NCBI RefSeq assembly: GCF_018350175.1
Contig: NC_058375.1
Span: forward strand, 202,554,001-202,618,000
Reading direction: 5' to 3'
DNA: 64,000 nt
DNA from: Felis catus
Taxonomy: Eukaryota
Part shown: positions 12,801 through 28,312 of the stretch, in pieces
Numbering within the stretch: position 1 is the first letter of the stretch
Layout: each line of letters begins with the position of its first letter
Notes under the pieces: generated by a model
The model's input: only the letters and a program-made list of their open reading frames with translations
Database searches by the model: none
What the model was told of the DNA's origin: nothing
Made by a program: the position numbers and the translations under genes

Positions 12801-15334
12801 GAAACACTCACTTGGTGCTCCAGTTGCCCTATGAGAAGAGGGGCCTGGAGTTCTAAGGTTAAGGCCATGGTGCCTGTTAATGGTGGAACCAGGACTCAAG
12901 CCCAGGTCTGTGCCACATCTACCCTGGGAATCCTTTTTTTTTTTATCGTTTGTTTAAATAAAAGTTCAGTGTGACAACTCAAATAACATAGTGTATATAA
13001 AGAAAAAATAACCCCCCCACACTCTCACACAAAATTTGGTGTATATTCTTTTTCTTTCAGGCCTTTTTCAGTCATTTCTCTGCAATTTGCTTCCCTCCCC
13101 GCCCCGCCCACCCCCCCACCCCCCCGCTTGCTATATATATCAGATATTTTTTTTCTGAATACCTTTAGCTCTACCTTGTATTTTTTTTTGTCCAGTCCAG
13201 AGTACTTCCTGGCATGAACAAGTCAAAATGAAGTCTTGCCCTTACTGATGGACATTTGGGTTATTTGCAATCATTATAAATAAAGCTGCTCGGGACATCC
13301 TTTTACCCCTGTCTCCTTGTGCATGTGTGTGAGTTTTCTATAGGACAGAGGCCTAGAAATGGAATGACTGGGTCAGTTTAAAGTTTGTTATATAGGGGTG
13401 CCTGGGTGGCTCAGTCGGTTAAGCATCCGACTTTGGCTCAGGTCATGATCTCAGGGTTCGTGGGTTTGAGCCCCGTGTCAGGCTCTGTGCTGACAGCTCG
13501 GGCCTGGAGGCTGCTTCAGATTCTGTGTCTCCCTCTCTCTTTGCCCCTCCCTCGCTCACACCTCTGTCTCTCTGTCCCTCAAAAGTAAATAAACATTAAA
13601 AAAAATTAAAGTTCATTATATAAAATGACCTTCAAAAGATTATGCTAATTTATACACTCCATAAGCTATAAGGCAGTTATCTGTTTTCCTACCAACACTA
13701 AGTATTATAAAAAACGTTTAATTTTTGCCATAGTTGGGAAGCAATATGGGCATTTCATAACTGTTATTATTTTTTTAAAGTTTATTATTATTAAATGTTT
13801 TTAGTAATTTCTACACCCGACGTGGGGCTCAAACTCATGACCCTGATATCAAGAGTCACATGCTCTGGGGCACCGGGTGGCTCAATCAGTTGAACGTCTG
13901 ATTCTTGATTTAGGCTCAGGTCATGATCTCACTGTTTGTGGGTTCAAACCCCACATCAGGCTCTGCACAGAGCCTGCTTGGGATTCTTTCCCTCCCTCTC
14001 TGCCCTTCCCCCCATAGGATCGCTCTCTCCCTCTCAATAAATACACTTAAAAAGAAAAAAAAAAGTCATCTGCTCTTCTGACTGAGCCAGCCAGGCACCC
14101 CTCATAATTATTTTTAACTGGAACTTATTTGTGTGTTAGTGACATTATGCATCCTTATGGTTATTGACTATTTTTACTCTTCCTTATTGAAGTGCCTGTA
14201 GGTTTCTTTTTCCCTTTCTAAAAAAAAAAAAACAAAACCCCCCAAAAAACACCATTTCTTTTTCTTATTTCATAGCTCTTTGAATTTTAAAGATATTAAC
14301 TCTTCCTCATGTATTGCAAATGTTTTTCCCAGGTTTGTTCTTTGCCTATTACTTGTTTCATTACACAGAAGGTTAGAAATACTCTACGATCAAATTAGCT
14401 AATCTTTCCCAGTAGTTGCTGTCACTATACTACACTGCCAAGGGAAGTTGTGACAGCCATAGCTGGAGGATGGCAGTTAACAGCAGGGAAGTTACCTAAA
14501 AATAAGAAGTTGTAGATATGGGAAGAATAAAGGGGAGAGTCTTTTTTCTAGAATAAATATAAATGTTCAACTCCCACTCTTGACAACACGCCTCGGATGA
14601 GTTAAGTATGTTATACACAAGAAACTAGGGCAAGGAAATACCAGATTACCTCTGGGAAGCCCTGCCAAGCCCAGGGTGGTGGAGGCACTGGGCCTGTTGC
14701 CTAATCCCTGGCTGCAGTTCCCGAGTGGGAGGGTCAATATGGGGGAAAAACTCCCCAGGGCTATAGGAGTAAGGATTGGGCAGAGGTGTCAGAAAGGTCT
14801 TCCCTTCTGGATTGCTGCCTAGCAGACATGAAGCCCTCACAGGGATAGACTCTGCCAAGAGCTCGGTACCAGGTTGTGAACCACCTTGCCAGCCTTCAAT
14901 CAACATTCACCAACTGCAAATCAAATTACAACATCTCTAAGAATAAAAATGTTACCTTGTGTTCTCATCACATTTATATAGAAGGGTCAAAAATAGCACA
15001 GACAAAACTTCAGGGCTGACTGTCCCACTGGCCTGGTAGCAACTATGTTTGTACCTGGGGGCTCTCCAGGAGCACCTGGGGACAGGTTTCCAGCTACTGC
15101 TTCCACAATGATCTCCATGTTCCCTGTGTCCTCTTCAGTTGCCGTGGACTCTACCAGCAGGCAGCCTGGGTCAGCAGGCAAAGGTGTGGGATTCCCAGCA
15201 GGACAGGGGCTCTGGACAGGCTCCAGGATTCCACGGTTAGACAGAGATGGGGGGATCAGCAATAGCTCAGGACACAGTCCATCCATCTCCCCAGTGTTGT
15301 CGGTTGGCTGTGGGTCCAACACGGGGTCTGTCAT
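816..15334 (-). CDS. ZNF142: Zinc finger protein 142 (multi-C2H2 zinc finger), 8 coding exons
   Basis: ATG at 15334 (MTDPVLDPQP). Exons in transcript order: 15055-15334; 11623 to about 12222 (5' edge inside N gap 12126-12265); 10328-10495; 8594-9418; 6525-6702; 2862-5778; 2212-2317; 816-1285 (TGA 818-816, ...APPTGPEG*). All visible junctions are GT-AG with matching phases. Many CxxC...HxxxH fingers with TGEKP linkers. Adjacent to BCS1L as in other mammals. Confidence 0.95.
7064..7289 (+). mobile_element. Young felid CAN-SINE
   Basis: ggggcgcctgggtggcgcagtcggttaagcg tRNA-like head, (CT)n region, A tail; TSD aagaatttga at 7054-7063 and 7288-7297. Confidence 0.95.
12126..12265. other. Assembly gap (140 N) covering the 5' part of a ZNF142 exon
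   Basis: N run. Confidence 1.
12360..12527 (+). mobile_element. L2 LINE 3' end remnant hosting the U6 fragment
   Basis: gtaagctccataaggtcagggac ... tggcacaaaataggtatttaatatttgctaaataaat resembles the L2 3' terminus. Confidence 0.65.
12431..12465 (+). pseudogene. 3'-truncated (tailless) U6 snRNA retrocopy, first ~35 nt
   Basis: gcgctcgcttcggcagcacatatactaaagttgga versus U6 5' end GTGCTCGCTTCGGCAGCACATATACTAAAATTGGA (2 mismatches); flanking direct repeats at 12413-12428 and 12461-12476. Confidence 0.9.
13395..13606 (+). mobile_element. CAN-SINE
   Basis: Head, (CT)n, A tail; TSD taaagtt(tg/ca)ttatata. Confidence 0.9.
13770..14101 (-). mobile_element. Short CAN-SINE (-) interrupted by a second CAN-SINE (+, 13867-14060)
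   Basis: Outer element resumes after the inner one; inner TSD 13851-13866 / 14061-14076. Confidence 0.85.
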
Positions 15335-15759
15335 CACCACTGACCGGTGTTCTGTGGTTTTTATGTGCTGATAAGCCAATCAGAAGAGAACCCAAACAAA
15401 ATATAGTTAAGAGATCTCACTTTCTTCCCAGCTGATGTGGGTGCACGGCCCAGTGCCTGCCCACTTAGGCATTTCCTTGCATGGCAGCATGCCACACCTA
15501 GTTAACCTAGAAGTTTTTACAACAATGCTCAGAACGAGAGGTATACAAATGTTAATAGGGATCAACATTAGAAGAGAGCCAACAAGTTTTGGCCAATATA
15601 CTAAAGACTGAAGGTTAAGTTTCTTGGATCTAAATAACCCTGGTGAAATCATAAAGCAATCTGGGTCCCAGTTTTCTTATCTGCAACAAAACTTGGGCCA
15701 AGGGATCTCAGATGTCCCTTCCCCGCTTAACATGTTATGATCTCACTACTCCTCTGTAT

Positions 15760-16200
15760 GGGTATAAGGCCCTTCCTTCATGGCCTGGCCCCTGCTGACC
15801 TTTCCAGACTCATCTACCACCTCTCCCCTCAACAGATCTCTGATCCAGTCATACCAATGAGTTGCCATTCTCCAGGCTCACCAACTTCTCTTTTGCTCCC
15901 ATACCCTCACACATGCCTCTCTCTCTCTTGGCTTGACGGGCCATTTCCCCTTCTCCATCTCTCATCTGGCTAACCAACTCTTCACTGTCCTTAAGAATCT
16001 GCACAAATATCACTTCTGCTGTGAAGACTTCTTGACACTGTTTATGTAAGTTACTCTCTCTGGGGTCCTCAGGGCCTTGTACCTTGTACCTAACTCTATC
16101 AGAAACTGTCACACTGCACTGTTGTTTAGCTATCAGTCTCCCTCCCTAGAGTTAGAGCTTTCTGAGTGCAACTGACTGACTTATCACTTCACTGAACACA
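15760..16200 (+). mobile_element. L2 fragment
   Basis: aaggcccttccttcatggcctggcccctgctgacc ... ctagagttagagctttctgag is L2-like. Confidence 0.55.
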
Positions 16201-17099
16201 AACCACAACAATCTATGCAAGTAAGACAAATGAGATTCTAGTGGAGAACCGCAGACATGGAGATGCATGAGAGGGAAGCTAGGTCTCCTACAAAGATAAA
16301 CCAGTGGTTCCTTACATATGAAGGAACACACCTGGAGAAATTTCAAACTCATTGACTATGGCCTCATATTGAAAACACTAGAACACAACTGAGAAATGAA
16401 TACCAACTAAATTGCATATCCTGTTACACATGGCTAAAATTAGCGTAAGCTGAAGAATAAGTAATGTATGACAGTAATTACTCCATGAAATTGAGTCATG
16501 GAGGTCAAGTGAGGGCCTTAGGGATAGGAAATCAGGTTGCAGGTGTGAATCTTGCAACTCAAAACCTCAGATCGGGGGATTCGGAAGGTAGCTGGGAAGT
16601 GCATTTCCACGGTCAGAGGATTCTCTGGAAACCACAGCCTCCGCTCACAGAATTTTATCGCTGCTCTGCGGGGAGCCAAGGAGGACACAGTGCCTTCTAG
16701 ATCAAGAACCTGAAAACCTGAACCTTCAGCGGCTGGAAAGCGGGTGAGGTGGGAGAGAGGCGGGCACAAGAGGAGAAATGAGCACATCTTTGGGGCAGAG
16801 GCACTGAGCAAGAAAAGGGACAAATTAATGCAGAGAGAAGGCCTGGGGAAAGAATGTGACCCGGCGTGGGGACAAAGGCACCCGGGTTTCCACGTGTCTT
16901 TGGGCTCTGACTCACCGCGTGGCCTCTGATAGATAGTCACCTCGCTTCCCAGGGCCTCAGCTTTCCTATCTGTAAAGTGGAGGTGATGACAGCGTCCACA
17001 TCGTTGGGCGGGAGCGGCAATCACAAGAGCCAGCAAATGGGAAAGCCGTTTTGTGACCTGCAAAGCTTGGGATGGAGCATCGTCATGATTATGGTCCTG

Positions 17100-17960
17100 A
17101 GGAGAGGCAGCGGGCAACCGGGCGGGATCCAAAGCAGTGACGCGGCTGAGGCACCGGGACGGCTGCTGTGATGCGCCGGGGCCCCGACCGTCGGCGTGCT
17201 TCTTTCAGCACCTCCTCCAGGGGATTCCCACCGCCCAGGCCCACCCTCATCCTGGGGTTCGAGAAACTTTTGCCTCCGGCCCGCTCCACAAACACTCCCT
17301 ACTAGTTTCCGCCCTGCAGCCACTAACTCACCTCCCGGGCCAAGGCCGGCGGGAGCTGTGTCTCTCTATGGTTCACCAGCTGCTGGAGCGGCCTCCCGGG
17401 ACTCCTTTTGTGCGACCGCCTCCGGCCCAGCCGCCTCTAGGACTTCGGGCCGATGGAGGCCGCTCTCTCTTCCTCTCGTCGGCTGGCGGTGTACTCTATG
17501 GTTTTCTCCGGCGTTTTCCCTTTGCCCCTTTTCCCAGCCGAGCGGCCCAAGGAGTACCATCGAGAGTTGTGGGGCAGAGTGGCACGGCCCGCTAGGTGGG
17601 TGTGGCGGGAAGTAGGTGAAGGAACGCCGGGGCGGGGCCGAGCGGCGCGTCCCTGGAGTGCCGGGGGCTGAAACCATCGAGAGGGAGGGCCAGAGAGTCA
17701 TGGCGGTAAGGGGGCGGAGTGACGGGTTACTCCGAGCCACGCTGCTGGAGGCGCGAGCTGGGGTGTGGAAAGGGTTCGGGAAGGGGCTTCTGGGCGTCAG
17801 ACAAGGGACGGGAGGGGGAAGGGCTTTGTCTGTGGCCTTCCACGCATAAGTATTTTGGCATTCTGGATTCTACTCTGAGCCTCAGCCGTGGTCTCGGCTG
17901 TCAGTTCACCGTCCCGCGTGCCTCGCGCACAGCAAAGTGGCAGGGGTCGGGAAGGTGTGC
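17100..17960. promoter_or_regulatory. CpG island / bidirectional promoter of ZNF142 and BCS1L
   Basis: CpG-rich, GC box GGGGCGGGGC near 17629, ETS-like GGGAAGT near 17607, + strand donor GCG|GTAAGG at 17705, - strand donors (ctcacc) near 17330 and 16915; lies between divergent genes. Confidence 0.85.
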
Positions 17961-18970
17961 TAGAAACGATGTGACTTCCAATCCCTCGGGACCTTACAAT
18001 CTAAAATTAGACTGGGTCACGTTTTATTGGGGGAGAATTCGGGGAAAATGTCCGTGGAGGAAGCAGCAAATGGACAGGTGTTAAATTGGGGGAGAAGGAA
18101 GAGTCAATTAGAATGGGGATTCCGAGTAGAGAAGACCTGCCTGAGCAGAATTATACAACAGAGATTATTAGGCCCTAAGCAATGAAAGATAGGTAGGCCC
18201 TGTGTTGTGAAGGGTTTTGAGTACCAGGCAGAGGAGTTTTTACCTAATTCAGCGATCTGTTCAGAACAAGCCATTGGATTGAAGCAGACTGTATGAAGAA
18301 AGATCTGGATCCCTGTGTAGCAATTTGGTACGCCAAAGCCAGAGGTGGAGGCCCGTTAAGATGACGTTTTAAGAACTAAACTTAATTTTAAAGAGACAGT
18401 TTAGTCGTGAGGTAATAAAGGGCTAACTAAACAGGACATTAGGAATTGAGCATGTAAAGGAGAGGATATTTGAAGGGTATTACTCATGGTGGTAAGGCAT
18501 GGGGTTACTGACAGGTCAGTGGAAGAGAGTAGCTTCATCCTCTGTTAACTCTGGGCAGTGGGCCCCTTTCTATCTCAGCTAGTCCCAGGGACCACAAAAA
18601 TTCTGCCCATTATCCTGATGAGAAGATGGTTACATTGTTCTCTCATGTTTAAGGAATCTTTAGACCTCGTCCTCTGGCAGGAAATTGAACTATGAACAGG
18701 ATAATGAAGGGCAAAATGGGAAGAGGGGCCTGAAGTCTCAGCCCTTGCATTCCAGCAGGACCTCCATCCCACAAAGGGAGGATATGGAAAACACACAGTA
18801 GAACTGACCTGTCCTTCCTGCACCTGGCCTCTGTGGGAAGAAGGGATGAGGGTGACGAGGAATTGCAGAGTCCTTTCTAAACTAATCTGCTTTGTCCCAT
18901 CTCCACTGCTCTCCACCCCCAGGTTTGAAAATGCGTCAGAGCCTGTAAGGTTCAGTGTTTCCCTCTCAAG

Positions 18971-21405
<2,435 letters not shown>

Positions 21406-21437
21406 CAGGCTGGCCATGCTCAGCTCTTCTCTAGCTC

Positions 21438-21443
21438 AATAAA
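21438..21443 (+). terminator. BCS1L polyadenylation signal AATAAA (second copy 21502-21507)
   Basis: AATAAA about 30 nt after the stop codon. Confidence 0.75.
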
Positions 21444-21920
21444 CACCTGCCACACCGCTCTGGTCTCTGACCCCCTTCCTACCTCCCTGTATTGGTACTT
21501 GAATAAAAAGCAAGGACCTTCAGGCATCCAGCATACACAAGTGTTGGGGCATAAGCTAGGGCAAAGCAGAAAGAAAAGATACTATGGAAATCAGGGAAGT
21601 AGAGTCTTCTGTTTAAAAGGCATTCAATTAAAAAGAATGTGTATGCATAAAAATGTGTGTGTGTGTGTACATAGTATATGTATGTTATGTTCCCATATAT
21701 TCTGCTTAAATGCTGGCTGGCCTCTACTAGTTTTCCTGAAACTCACACTAGCAGAGACATCAGACCTGCCTTTACTCAGACCCTGATCTCTTGGGAAAAC
21801 AGACTTTAGAGCAAAGTTAGGGCTATTCTGCCACACTCCAGTCTTGCCAGGAAGTCAGAAAAAGCCATACTGCACAAGCTAGGCGCTACTAAACAAAGAA
21901 GCCAAACAAGGCCAGATCTC

Positions 21921-21926
21921 TTTATT
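21921..21926 (-). terminator. RNF25 polyadenylation signal AATAAA
   Basis: tttatt on + strand, 40 nt past the RNF25 stop. Confidence 0.8.
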
Positions 21927-21966
21927 GCCCCCTGCCGCCCCAAATCCCTGTCCCCCCACAGTACTG

Positions 21967-24900
21967 CTAGGAACCATCCTCAGACTCCAGGCTCAGGGGC
22001 TCCCTTCGAGTACCAGGACGATAGGCTCCCCGACCCCGAGGCAGGCGGGGGTAGGAAGAGCCCGGAGTCCGACCCTTGGAGCGCTCCCAGCGAGCACAGT
22101 CCCGAGTCCTGCGGGGTGGGGGACCCTGCCAAGTGCCAGGCCCCTTCTCTTGGGGAGGACCTTCAACCCCTTGGCTACAGGGTTCTGGCTTTAGGTCCAT
22201 GGGCTCCTTGAGGGGCCCCTCGGGAGGTGGCAGTTCCTGGGTGTCATTGGTACCTTTGTGGGCATTGCACTCCCCTCCCTTTAGGTGCCTCCGTTCAGGC
22301 TGTCTCCAGGGGCCTCGACCGGCCCGGGGAGGATCTAGCATAGTTTTCGGGGTCTCGCCCAACCTTTGCTGATTTGGCCCAGCCCCTGGAATCTTCTCAC
22401 ACGTGTGCTGGGAGGCCACAGGCAGAGGAGCTGATAGGTCGGGTTGGGCAGTTGATGAGGTGGACAGTTCTGTGTCAAGGGCACTGGGTGGGTGGGATCC
22501 TCTGGAGGCATCTACAGCTGACTCTGGTTCCAAAGGGGCAGGAGGCTAGAAAGAAGTGAGCAGATACAGTGAGGGAGACGCAGTTCCCCAAAGCAGGGAA
22601 CTGCAGGCCCCTTGCTCACTACTGGAGCTGACCACCATCAGCCTCAAGGGTAGAAGAGAGCTCACCCTCAGGGCCACAGTGGCAGACGCGTGCTGGTTGG
22701 AAGGTAGGTGGCATTAAATGAGGACTGAGAAAGCCTTTCCTCACCTGCTGGAGGCTGATGAAGTACCGATTACGCTCAGCCTCAAGGTCGATGATACCCC
22801 CCCTCTCCTGCTGCCTTTGGTAGAGCCGCTTGCGCTCTTCTTGCTGGCGCAAGCTCTCTGCGTTAGGCTGGTACAGCTCCTAGAGGGAAGCGAGCAGAAT
22901 GACAAGGAGGAAAAAATGAACAGTAGAAGGCAGACTTGAACCCCTGCTCTTTCAGGATTGCCTCAGGAAATCTGCACAAGGTTCCTTTTTTCTCTTTGAG
23001 AGAGAGAGAGGATGCGAGTGAGAGGGACAGAGGCAGAGAGGGTCCCAAGCAGGCTCCACACTCAATGCAGTGCCCTGATTAAGGGCTCAATCCCATGACC
23101 CTGGGACCATGACCTGAGCTGAAATCAGGAGCCAGGTGCTCAACCGGCTGAGCCACAGGCACCCCCTGTACAAGGTTCTTGGGCTTGTCGCTCAGATGGG
23201 GCTCCCAAAGTCTTAGCCTAGTGGGGGCTACGGCTCTGCAGAGAGGTCCCAGGCTGGTCAAGCCCAATTCCCAAGATCCCATTCGAAGCGGACAAGATGC
23301 CATCCCTCCCTCCTTGGAGAATGCCATTATTTCTGGCTCAGATGAGAAGGGGGTTCCCTTACCATGGGCTGTTGAGGTTCGGGGGCTGCTTTCAGTGAGG
23401 CAAGATCATACACGAGGGGCTCTCTGCACACCGGACACTGCACACCGACTGCCTTCTAAAAACAGAGGAGCAATCAGAGCCCTGCTTCACAGCCCATGGT
23501 GCTCGCCAGCTGCCTAACCCAGTCAGCCAGCCTAATCCACACGGGGCTGGGACGAAGGGCAGAGGTACACCGTTCAGTAGTGAAGGATAGGACAGGAGTC
23601 GTCTCTCTAGATGGAGATGTGGGAACTCTCTGAAACTACAGCAGTACATAGATATGTTTAAAAGAATGCCCTTTTTTTCTGGACAGAGGTGAGCTTTCAT
23701 TAACCTCAAAGGTATCTGTGACCCTAAAAAGGTGAAGAGCCCCTGGAGTGGAGAGACAGAAAGGGTGTGACGCGGGGGGTCAGGTGGGAGCAGGGGCTGG
23801 GGAGCTGACCTGCTTGGTTGCGGCATGCTGTCGTTCCTGCTCCTGTCCTTGCGCCTGGAGCTCATGCTCCATGTGCTGGATATACCGAGCAAGGCAGTGG
23901 CAGTGGAAGTAGTGGTAACAGGGGGTTTTGGTAAAGGCCTCCTTCTCCTGAAGGCAGGACAGACATCCAGCATGACATCAGAGCTCTCATGAGGCCTCCA
24001 CTGCCCGTCCCAAGCAGACCCCAGGTCCCAAGAGAGAACCCCACCTGGAAACCGTACAGGCAGATGACACACTGGCCATGGGGGATGTTGTTATCTGTGA
24101 GAATTTCCTTCCCTTTCTGAAAGGAGAGAAGACACTGTTCAAACAGGGAGGCAGGGGCAAGAACTGTGAACAAAGCCTGTCTATTATTCCCAGGAGTGAC
24201 TGGAGGGACTGTCTCCTATCAAGTCAATGTTACTTTGTGTTCATGAGTTTCTGTCTTAGTGAGGAAGGGAGGATTCACCAAGGGAGGAATCAATCCTCCG
24301 TGGCCCCGTCCATCCCCCAGAATCTACCCAGCTGCAAAATCCAATTTCATTATTTTTCCACTCATTAAATCACTTTTAATATGTCTCGGGGATGAAAGTA
24401 ATACACCTTCAAAGAACAAAATGTTCAATTAAAACGTATCTTCTGGGAAGTGTTCCTAGGTTAAACCCCTCTGCATATCACTCCCACCCAAAAGTCTGTT
24501 CTGGAGTCAGCCTTCAGAAAGAAAGTCAAAGCATGGACAACCCAAACAGACAGAACTCAGGCATCAAGTTAGGCAATGAACTAACACATCTGCACTGCTG
24601 TCTGAATTGCTAATACTCTGGAATTCTGCAAAGTTCAAAGTGGCATTGTGGAGGCCGGGCTCAGGAGCGCTACAATGGTCTAAGCCCACTCTCTGACTCT
24701 GGGCCGCCCACCTTCATTCTCTTCTAAACATTTTTTCTCAAAACTCGAAGTTAAGGAAAACAAGACTGTACTTATTGTGTGTTTTTAATCTCAAGCAACA
24801 GAAATTATCTGTGTATGTGAACGTGTAGCTCTATGTGTTCCCTGTGTGTTGTTAATTTCATCGGGGTAGAAACTCTGAACCATGATTTTCTCAGTCAGTT

Positions 24901-27900
24901 CCAAGGGCAGGTGAGCCTTCAAATGTTCATTTGTGGCTAGATCCTCTAAGCAAGGCCCCTATCTCTTGCTACTTTCAGCCACCAATGCCAAGAGAATGCA
25001 CTGAAATGGAATAAAAAAAATCCATGTTAAAGAGGAAAAGTAATTTTCAAGATACTGGCATAGGCAACTTGGGGAAGCTACAGAACTGTCTTTTTTTTGG
25101 GGGGGGGGGTATTCTCAGAAACAGAAGAAAACCTTATTTTTCTGGATTTAGGCCTTACCTAAACAAGGACTGAATTAATGACTCCAGACATATTTAAGAT
25201 TCTAGGCCCATTGCCTCCCTTGAGAGAAACTGCTCTAGCAGTTTCCCAAGCCAGGACACCTCTTACCTCGATGAGTTCATAGAGCATGGCAGTACCCAGC
25301 CCAGCATTGGCCACATGGCTCAGTGCCTGCGAAATCCTAAAAAGGGCAAAGCAAACATTAGGCCTGCCCCCTCCCCTCACCAGATTGAGCTGTATCTCCT
25401 TTCCCCTCCTCTGAACTGTCCAACTTACTTGTGGATCTGTTCGTCTGAGAGTCCTCGGGGGTTACGGATAGAGATCTGTGGCACCTCATTGGGGTACTAG
25501 TGGGAGAGAATAACAAGTTACTGCTAAAGCACTCCACCTCAGGGCCTCTCCCCTTCCTCTCTTTGCTACCATAAAGTAGGGGCCTCACCTGTGCTGGGAC
25601 CTGAAGCACCAGAGTGAAGCAGACATACTGTGAATCCTGATCTTCTGCCGTGGCAGGGTGCAGGGTAATGTAGATTTCCCATGGTGAAGATCTGCAAATG
25701 GATAAAGTGGGGACCTGGGATGTGACTAGGCAGGAGTTTGAGGACTGGGGAAAATGGAGGTGAGACAGTAAAGTGGGTGGAGGAAGTGAGCACTGGGCTC
25801 TTTCTTTTGGAGATTAAAGGAATAGTCTTTGTCTCCAGGAGAGCAACATTTTCTCTGGATCAAGGCTCGCGGATTCTCCACGGAATCCTCTCATTACTAA
25901 GGGGACTCCTGCCCACCTCTAGTTGAATACGTACCTTCCATTTCCTTTAACCACCTGTAGTTCATCCAGATAGATAGACTCTAACACCTCGACTTCAGAG
26001 GGAAGTACCCTAGAGAGACAGGGGGAGATTGACTCACCATTACAGCTCTCCCTGTTAAAGCCTGCTAAAGCCAATGAAGGCTGGCTTTGTAGAAAACTGG
26101 CACTCTACCTGAGTGCATTCTCTTGCTAACCTCCATAAAAATGGGGGAAATATGTTTTAAGCTGTCAAGTGGCCAGGAAGGAAGCATGGAAGTTATTCTG
26201 TCAACAGTTGAGGAAATGGATTCCCAGGAAGGTGAAATAACTAGCTAAAATATCAAAGTTCAACAGAGGCAGAACTAGAACCAGAGCCAGGTTCCCTGAC
26301 CTCCTTTTTAAGTTCCATCGCACTGTTGATTGGCCATCTATCTGACCCAGAAATATCACGTCCATTGTTACCAATACTGCTCCTGGATTTCCCTACACCA
26401 CTGTTCACATGGGTCCCAGTGTCTACACATACTGCCAGTATCAGTCACCCTAAGCCTATTCAAAAAGAGATACCAAGAAAAAGAGATAAAGGCCATGATA
26501 CAAAAGAGCCACCAACTTTGGAGTAACAGGTACCAGTCACTTACCAGTTACATGATCTGAGTAATTATCTCTGTAAGCTTGAGTCAACCTACCATATATA
26601 ATACCACCTACTCTCTAGGGTTAGAGAATAAAAGGTTATTTATGTAAAGTACCTAACAATATCTTGGCCACAGTAGTTAGTCTATGTCCTCTTTTCTCCT
26701 ATTGGTATACAACTTTCTTCCTTGAAAGAAGGAAGGATGTAGTTAATATTCAATGTATTCATGACCCTTGTTGTTTGGCTGATCTAGATCAACCTGTTTA
26801 GGTCAGGATCTGGTGGTCAAATGTAAATGAGAGGACATACATATTTAATCCTAGAAACAGCAGTTGTAATGCCATTGAAGATGAGTGGCTGGGTTGAGTC
26901 TGTAGCTCTACCCAGGCAATGCATGTAAAAATGCATTCTTGGTTTCCTTTCTATAGTTATTGTTCCCTCTTCATCAAGAGCAGGTCTGCCCTAGCATGAC
27001 CTATACATTACTGGCTCTCAAACTTTCTTTTTAAGTCTTAGAGGCCTCAAAATATAAAATAGGTAACAGTGGAGTACTTTGGTTGACATGAGTGTGGGAG
27101 TCTCAGAGCATCACAAGCCAGCTGTGCAACCACTGCTACCCTTTCCATGGCTCAAAGTGTCTCCTCCAAATCTTAAAGTTCCCCTGAAGAGGGTTGAAAA
27201 ACCATGAGCCTAGATGGTCTCAATAAAGGCCAACACAGGCTGGGCTCCCTGAACCAATGAAACACTGATGTGTAACCTCCATTAAAAGGCCCTTCAATAC
27301 TTCACCCCACCATAGCTGTGACTTGCCCTGGATGTGAGGGATGGGATGGGATGGTGGTAAGGTGGTGGCCAAAAAAAGGGTGGGGGAGATTATAAGAGTG
27401 CTAGTCCTAAAAACATAAGATTTGGAGTCAGATAACTTGGATTCCTAGTCATAACTATGTACCTTTTTAGCAAATCGATTTGCCTCTTCAGGCCTCATCT
27501 AGTCCCACTAGATGCCCCATCTAGTGCCCACACCTCAGTTATTAATGAAAAAAAGGCTTTTATATAGGTTACAAATCCATCGTGATCCTCTCAACTATTC
27601 TATGAGGTAGATGCCACACCCACTTTTTTACATCTGAGTACACTGACTCACAGAAGCTAGGTGGCCTGGTTAGCATCACCCAGCTAATAAAATGTGGAGT
27701 GAACCCACATTTATCTTATTTCCAAATCCCAGAGTCCTTCCAGGTTTTGGTCTCTTGTTGAGAACGTTTGAGAGAGAGAAGGACTAGGAGAGCATTTTGT
27801 GAGGTGTAAAGCTTTATTCAGACAATAGTCCTCATTAGTGCTGGAGGGGAGGGAGAAGGTCGAGGAAAGCCTCGGCGGAACTAGGCTGATCCAAGGGGAA

Positions 27901-28312
27901 AGAGGGACGTGAGCTGGAGGACATCATTCTGGGAAGTAAAAAGCGGCGGGGAGGGGTGTGTGTGTGTGCTGATAAACAGGCATCCTCCGGGACCCTGGGC
28001 AAATCCACTTCAGGAGAGAAGAGGGGATCGAGCCAGACAAGGCGCAGCCCGAGCTGGCCTGGGCGGCGCAGATCCTGTCTCCTCTCCATCAGATCAGCGC
28101 CCCTCCACCCTCCCGCTCCCCAGTGCAGAAGCTCTGAAACATGTCAGCGTCTCTGCCATCCCTTATCCCTCGCTCCGCCCCACGCGTCCGCCATACGGAC
28201 CGTCCGCGGCCACTGCCAGTCCCCCGGACCGGATCCAGGCGGCCAGCCAAAGCCCATGCCCCCAAAGTTACCAGTCCTCCTCCCCCGCAGCTGCCGACGC
28301 AGACGCCGCCAT
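21967..28312 (-). CDS. RNF25: E3 ubiquitin ligase RNF25 (AO7): RWD domain plus RING-H2, 457 aa
   Basis: MAASASAAAGEEDW start at 28312. Exons 28272-28312, 25935-26009, 25589-25691, 25429-25496, 25267-25336, 24045-24116, 23810-23947, 23363-23455, 22745-22879, 21967-22545 total 1374 nt. RWD (EVEVLESIY...YPNEVP), RING-H2 (CVICLYGF...CYHYFHCHC...CPVC), ends SLESEDGS*. Confidence 0.96.
22986..23165 (-). mobile_element. CAN-SINE in RNF25 intron
   Basis: Reverse SINE head ...gagccacaggcacccc; TSD tg(c/t)acaaggttc. Confidence 0.85.

Noticed and set aside
16518-18084. Multiple 100-200 aa ORFs in this CpG island (likewise 27835-29134 and 58721-59573)
   Set aside because: Stop-poor GC-rich promoter sequence with Pro/Arg/Gly low-complexity translations.
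23392-24072. 226-aa - strand ORF in RNF25
   Set aside because: Alternative-frame read-through of exons and introns; the true exons are explained by splice sites in other frames.
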